Source: Octopus sinensis (taxonomy: Eukaryota). Taken from it: 64,000 nucleotides of DNA. A program made the translations under genes and the position numbers. The stretch is from contig NC_043003.1 of NCBI RefSeq assembly GCF_006345805.1, positions 33,852,001 to 33,916,000 of the forward strand, written 5' to 3'. Within the stretch, counting starts at the first letter, position 1. The number at the start of each line of letters is the position of its first letter. A model generated the notes under the pieces. That model ran no database searches, was not told the origin of the DNA, and worked only from the letters and a program-made list of their open reading frames with translations. This document shows, piece after piece, positions 62,947 to 64,000 of the stretch.

Positions 62947-63160
62947 ATTGATTTCAAATATTGGCACAAGGCCAGGAATTTCGGGGGAGGAATTAAAACG
63001 ATTATATCAACTCTAGTATTCAACTGTCACTTAATTTATCAGCTGCGAAAGATGAAAGTTGACCTCGGTGGAATTTGAATTCCGAACTTGAAGACGGATG
63101 AAATGCCGCTAAGCATTTAGCCCAATAATATGCTAACGATTCTGCCGGTTCGTCACTTTA
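62947..63160 (-). mobile_element. SINE family A, diverged, tandem to the previous copy
   Basis: TTGGCACAAGGCCAG tail, GACCTCGGTGGAATTTGAA, GCCGCTAAGCATTT, CTAACGATTCTGCC. Confidence 0.8.
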
Positions 63161-64000
63161 ATTTCAAAGTAATATTAACGTCAAATTCAAATCCATTCTG
63201 TAAGAAGTCTACCGAAAACTAACAACGGTAGAGCTAACATGTAGACGCCAACCCAGCAGTTGTTACTAGAATGATGTCTTATGGCAAACTGAGAACTGTT
63301 TAATATATGCAAAAACAGCAACAATAGCAGCAGTAAATACAATTGTGATATTATTATCGTCAACCTTATTAAAATCATCACGTTGTTGCGTTTGTTGTTA
63401 CTGTTGCTATTGTCGCTAGGACTGGACGCGTTGCAACTACTCTGTGAGTTATTGACTTCTTTCCGTTGCTATTTTTGTTTCCTTTTTTTTGTTGTTGTAT
63501 AATGAGTCATGTTTTGAGCAAACTATAAGGATCTGAAGAAAAGTTATGGCTATTTGCCAGAAGAGGCGAAATTTGCAAAATAGAATAAGACTTTCTTTAC
63601 GAAATACTGTCTAAAATTTTCAATAGGGTGGAGGTATCTTCGCCAAACGGAGAGAGGACGATGGGAGGTAGTTTTGAAATCTAAATTTGCTTCCACACTC
63701 AATCTTCCTCGGCCGATATTACAAACATGGAAAGAGGTAGTAGTAGCAGCAGAATCAACAGTAACAACGTCATCACCACCTGTAAGATCAACAAGAACAT
63801 AAAAGAAAAAAGTATGTGGAAACAACGGTACCATTACAACCACCGCATCATAAATGCCTTCCGAAGTAGCGATAACGAACAAGAAAAACAAAAGAAAAAA
63901 GAAAATTCTTTACTCATAACATGTGAAAATTCAACTACCGCCACCACCACTAAACCATCATTAACACTAACACAGTCGCTGAAAACGACATGTACCACAA

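Noticed and set aside
63550-63891. 113-aa minus ORF and GC-rich patch
   Set aside because: Partly triplet low complexity and no recognisable domain.

Overview
AT-rich, microsatellite-dense animal DNA. The repeat families suggest a coleoid cephalopod, most likely Octopus (inferred from remembered repeat consensus, not from a search). I find no intact host gene, rRNA, true tRNA gene or CRISPR array; nearly all entries in the ORF track are microsatellite or antisense artefacts. The window is a transposon graveyard: two Tc1 remnants, four mariner pieces (one near full length with both TIRs), a piggyBac, a probable Chapaev3/CMC remnant, two non-autonomous Helitrons, MITE-like foldbacks, four Dong/R4-like RLE-LINE remnants each abutting (TAA)n, four RTE-LINE pieces, and more than 20 tRNA-derived SINE copies in about four families. 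The most interesting signals are RNA-structural or architectural: a Penelope-type minimal hammerhead with a canonical core; three copies of a hammerhead fold sharing a non-canonical CUGU(A/U)GA core; a speculative HDV-like double pseudoknot at an RTE 5' end; several long inverted repeats (possible dsRNA); a head-to-tail SINE trimer; and a decayed coding remnant of an unassigned protein family. Coordinates of degenerate elements are approximate (about +/-20 bp).
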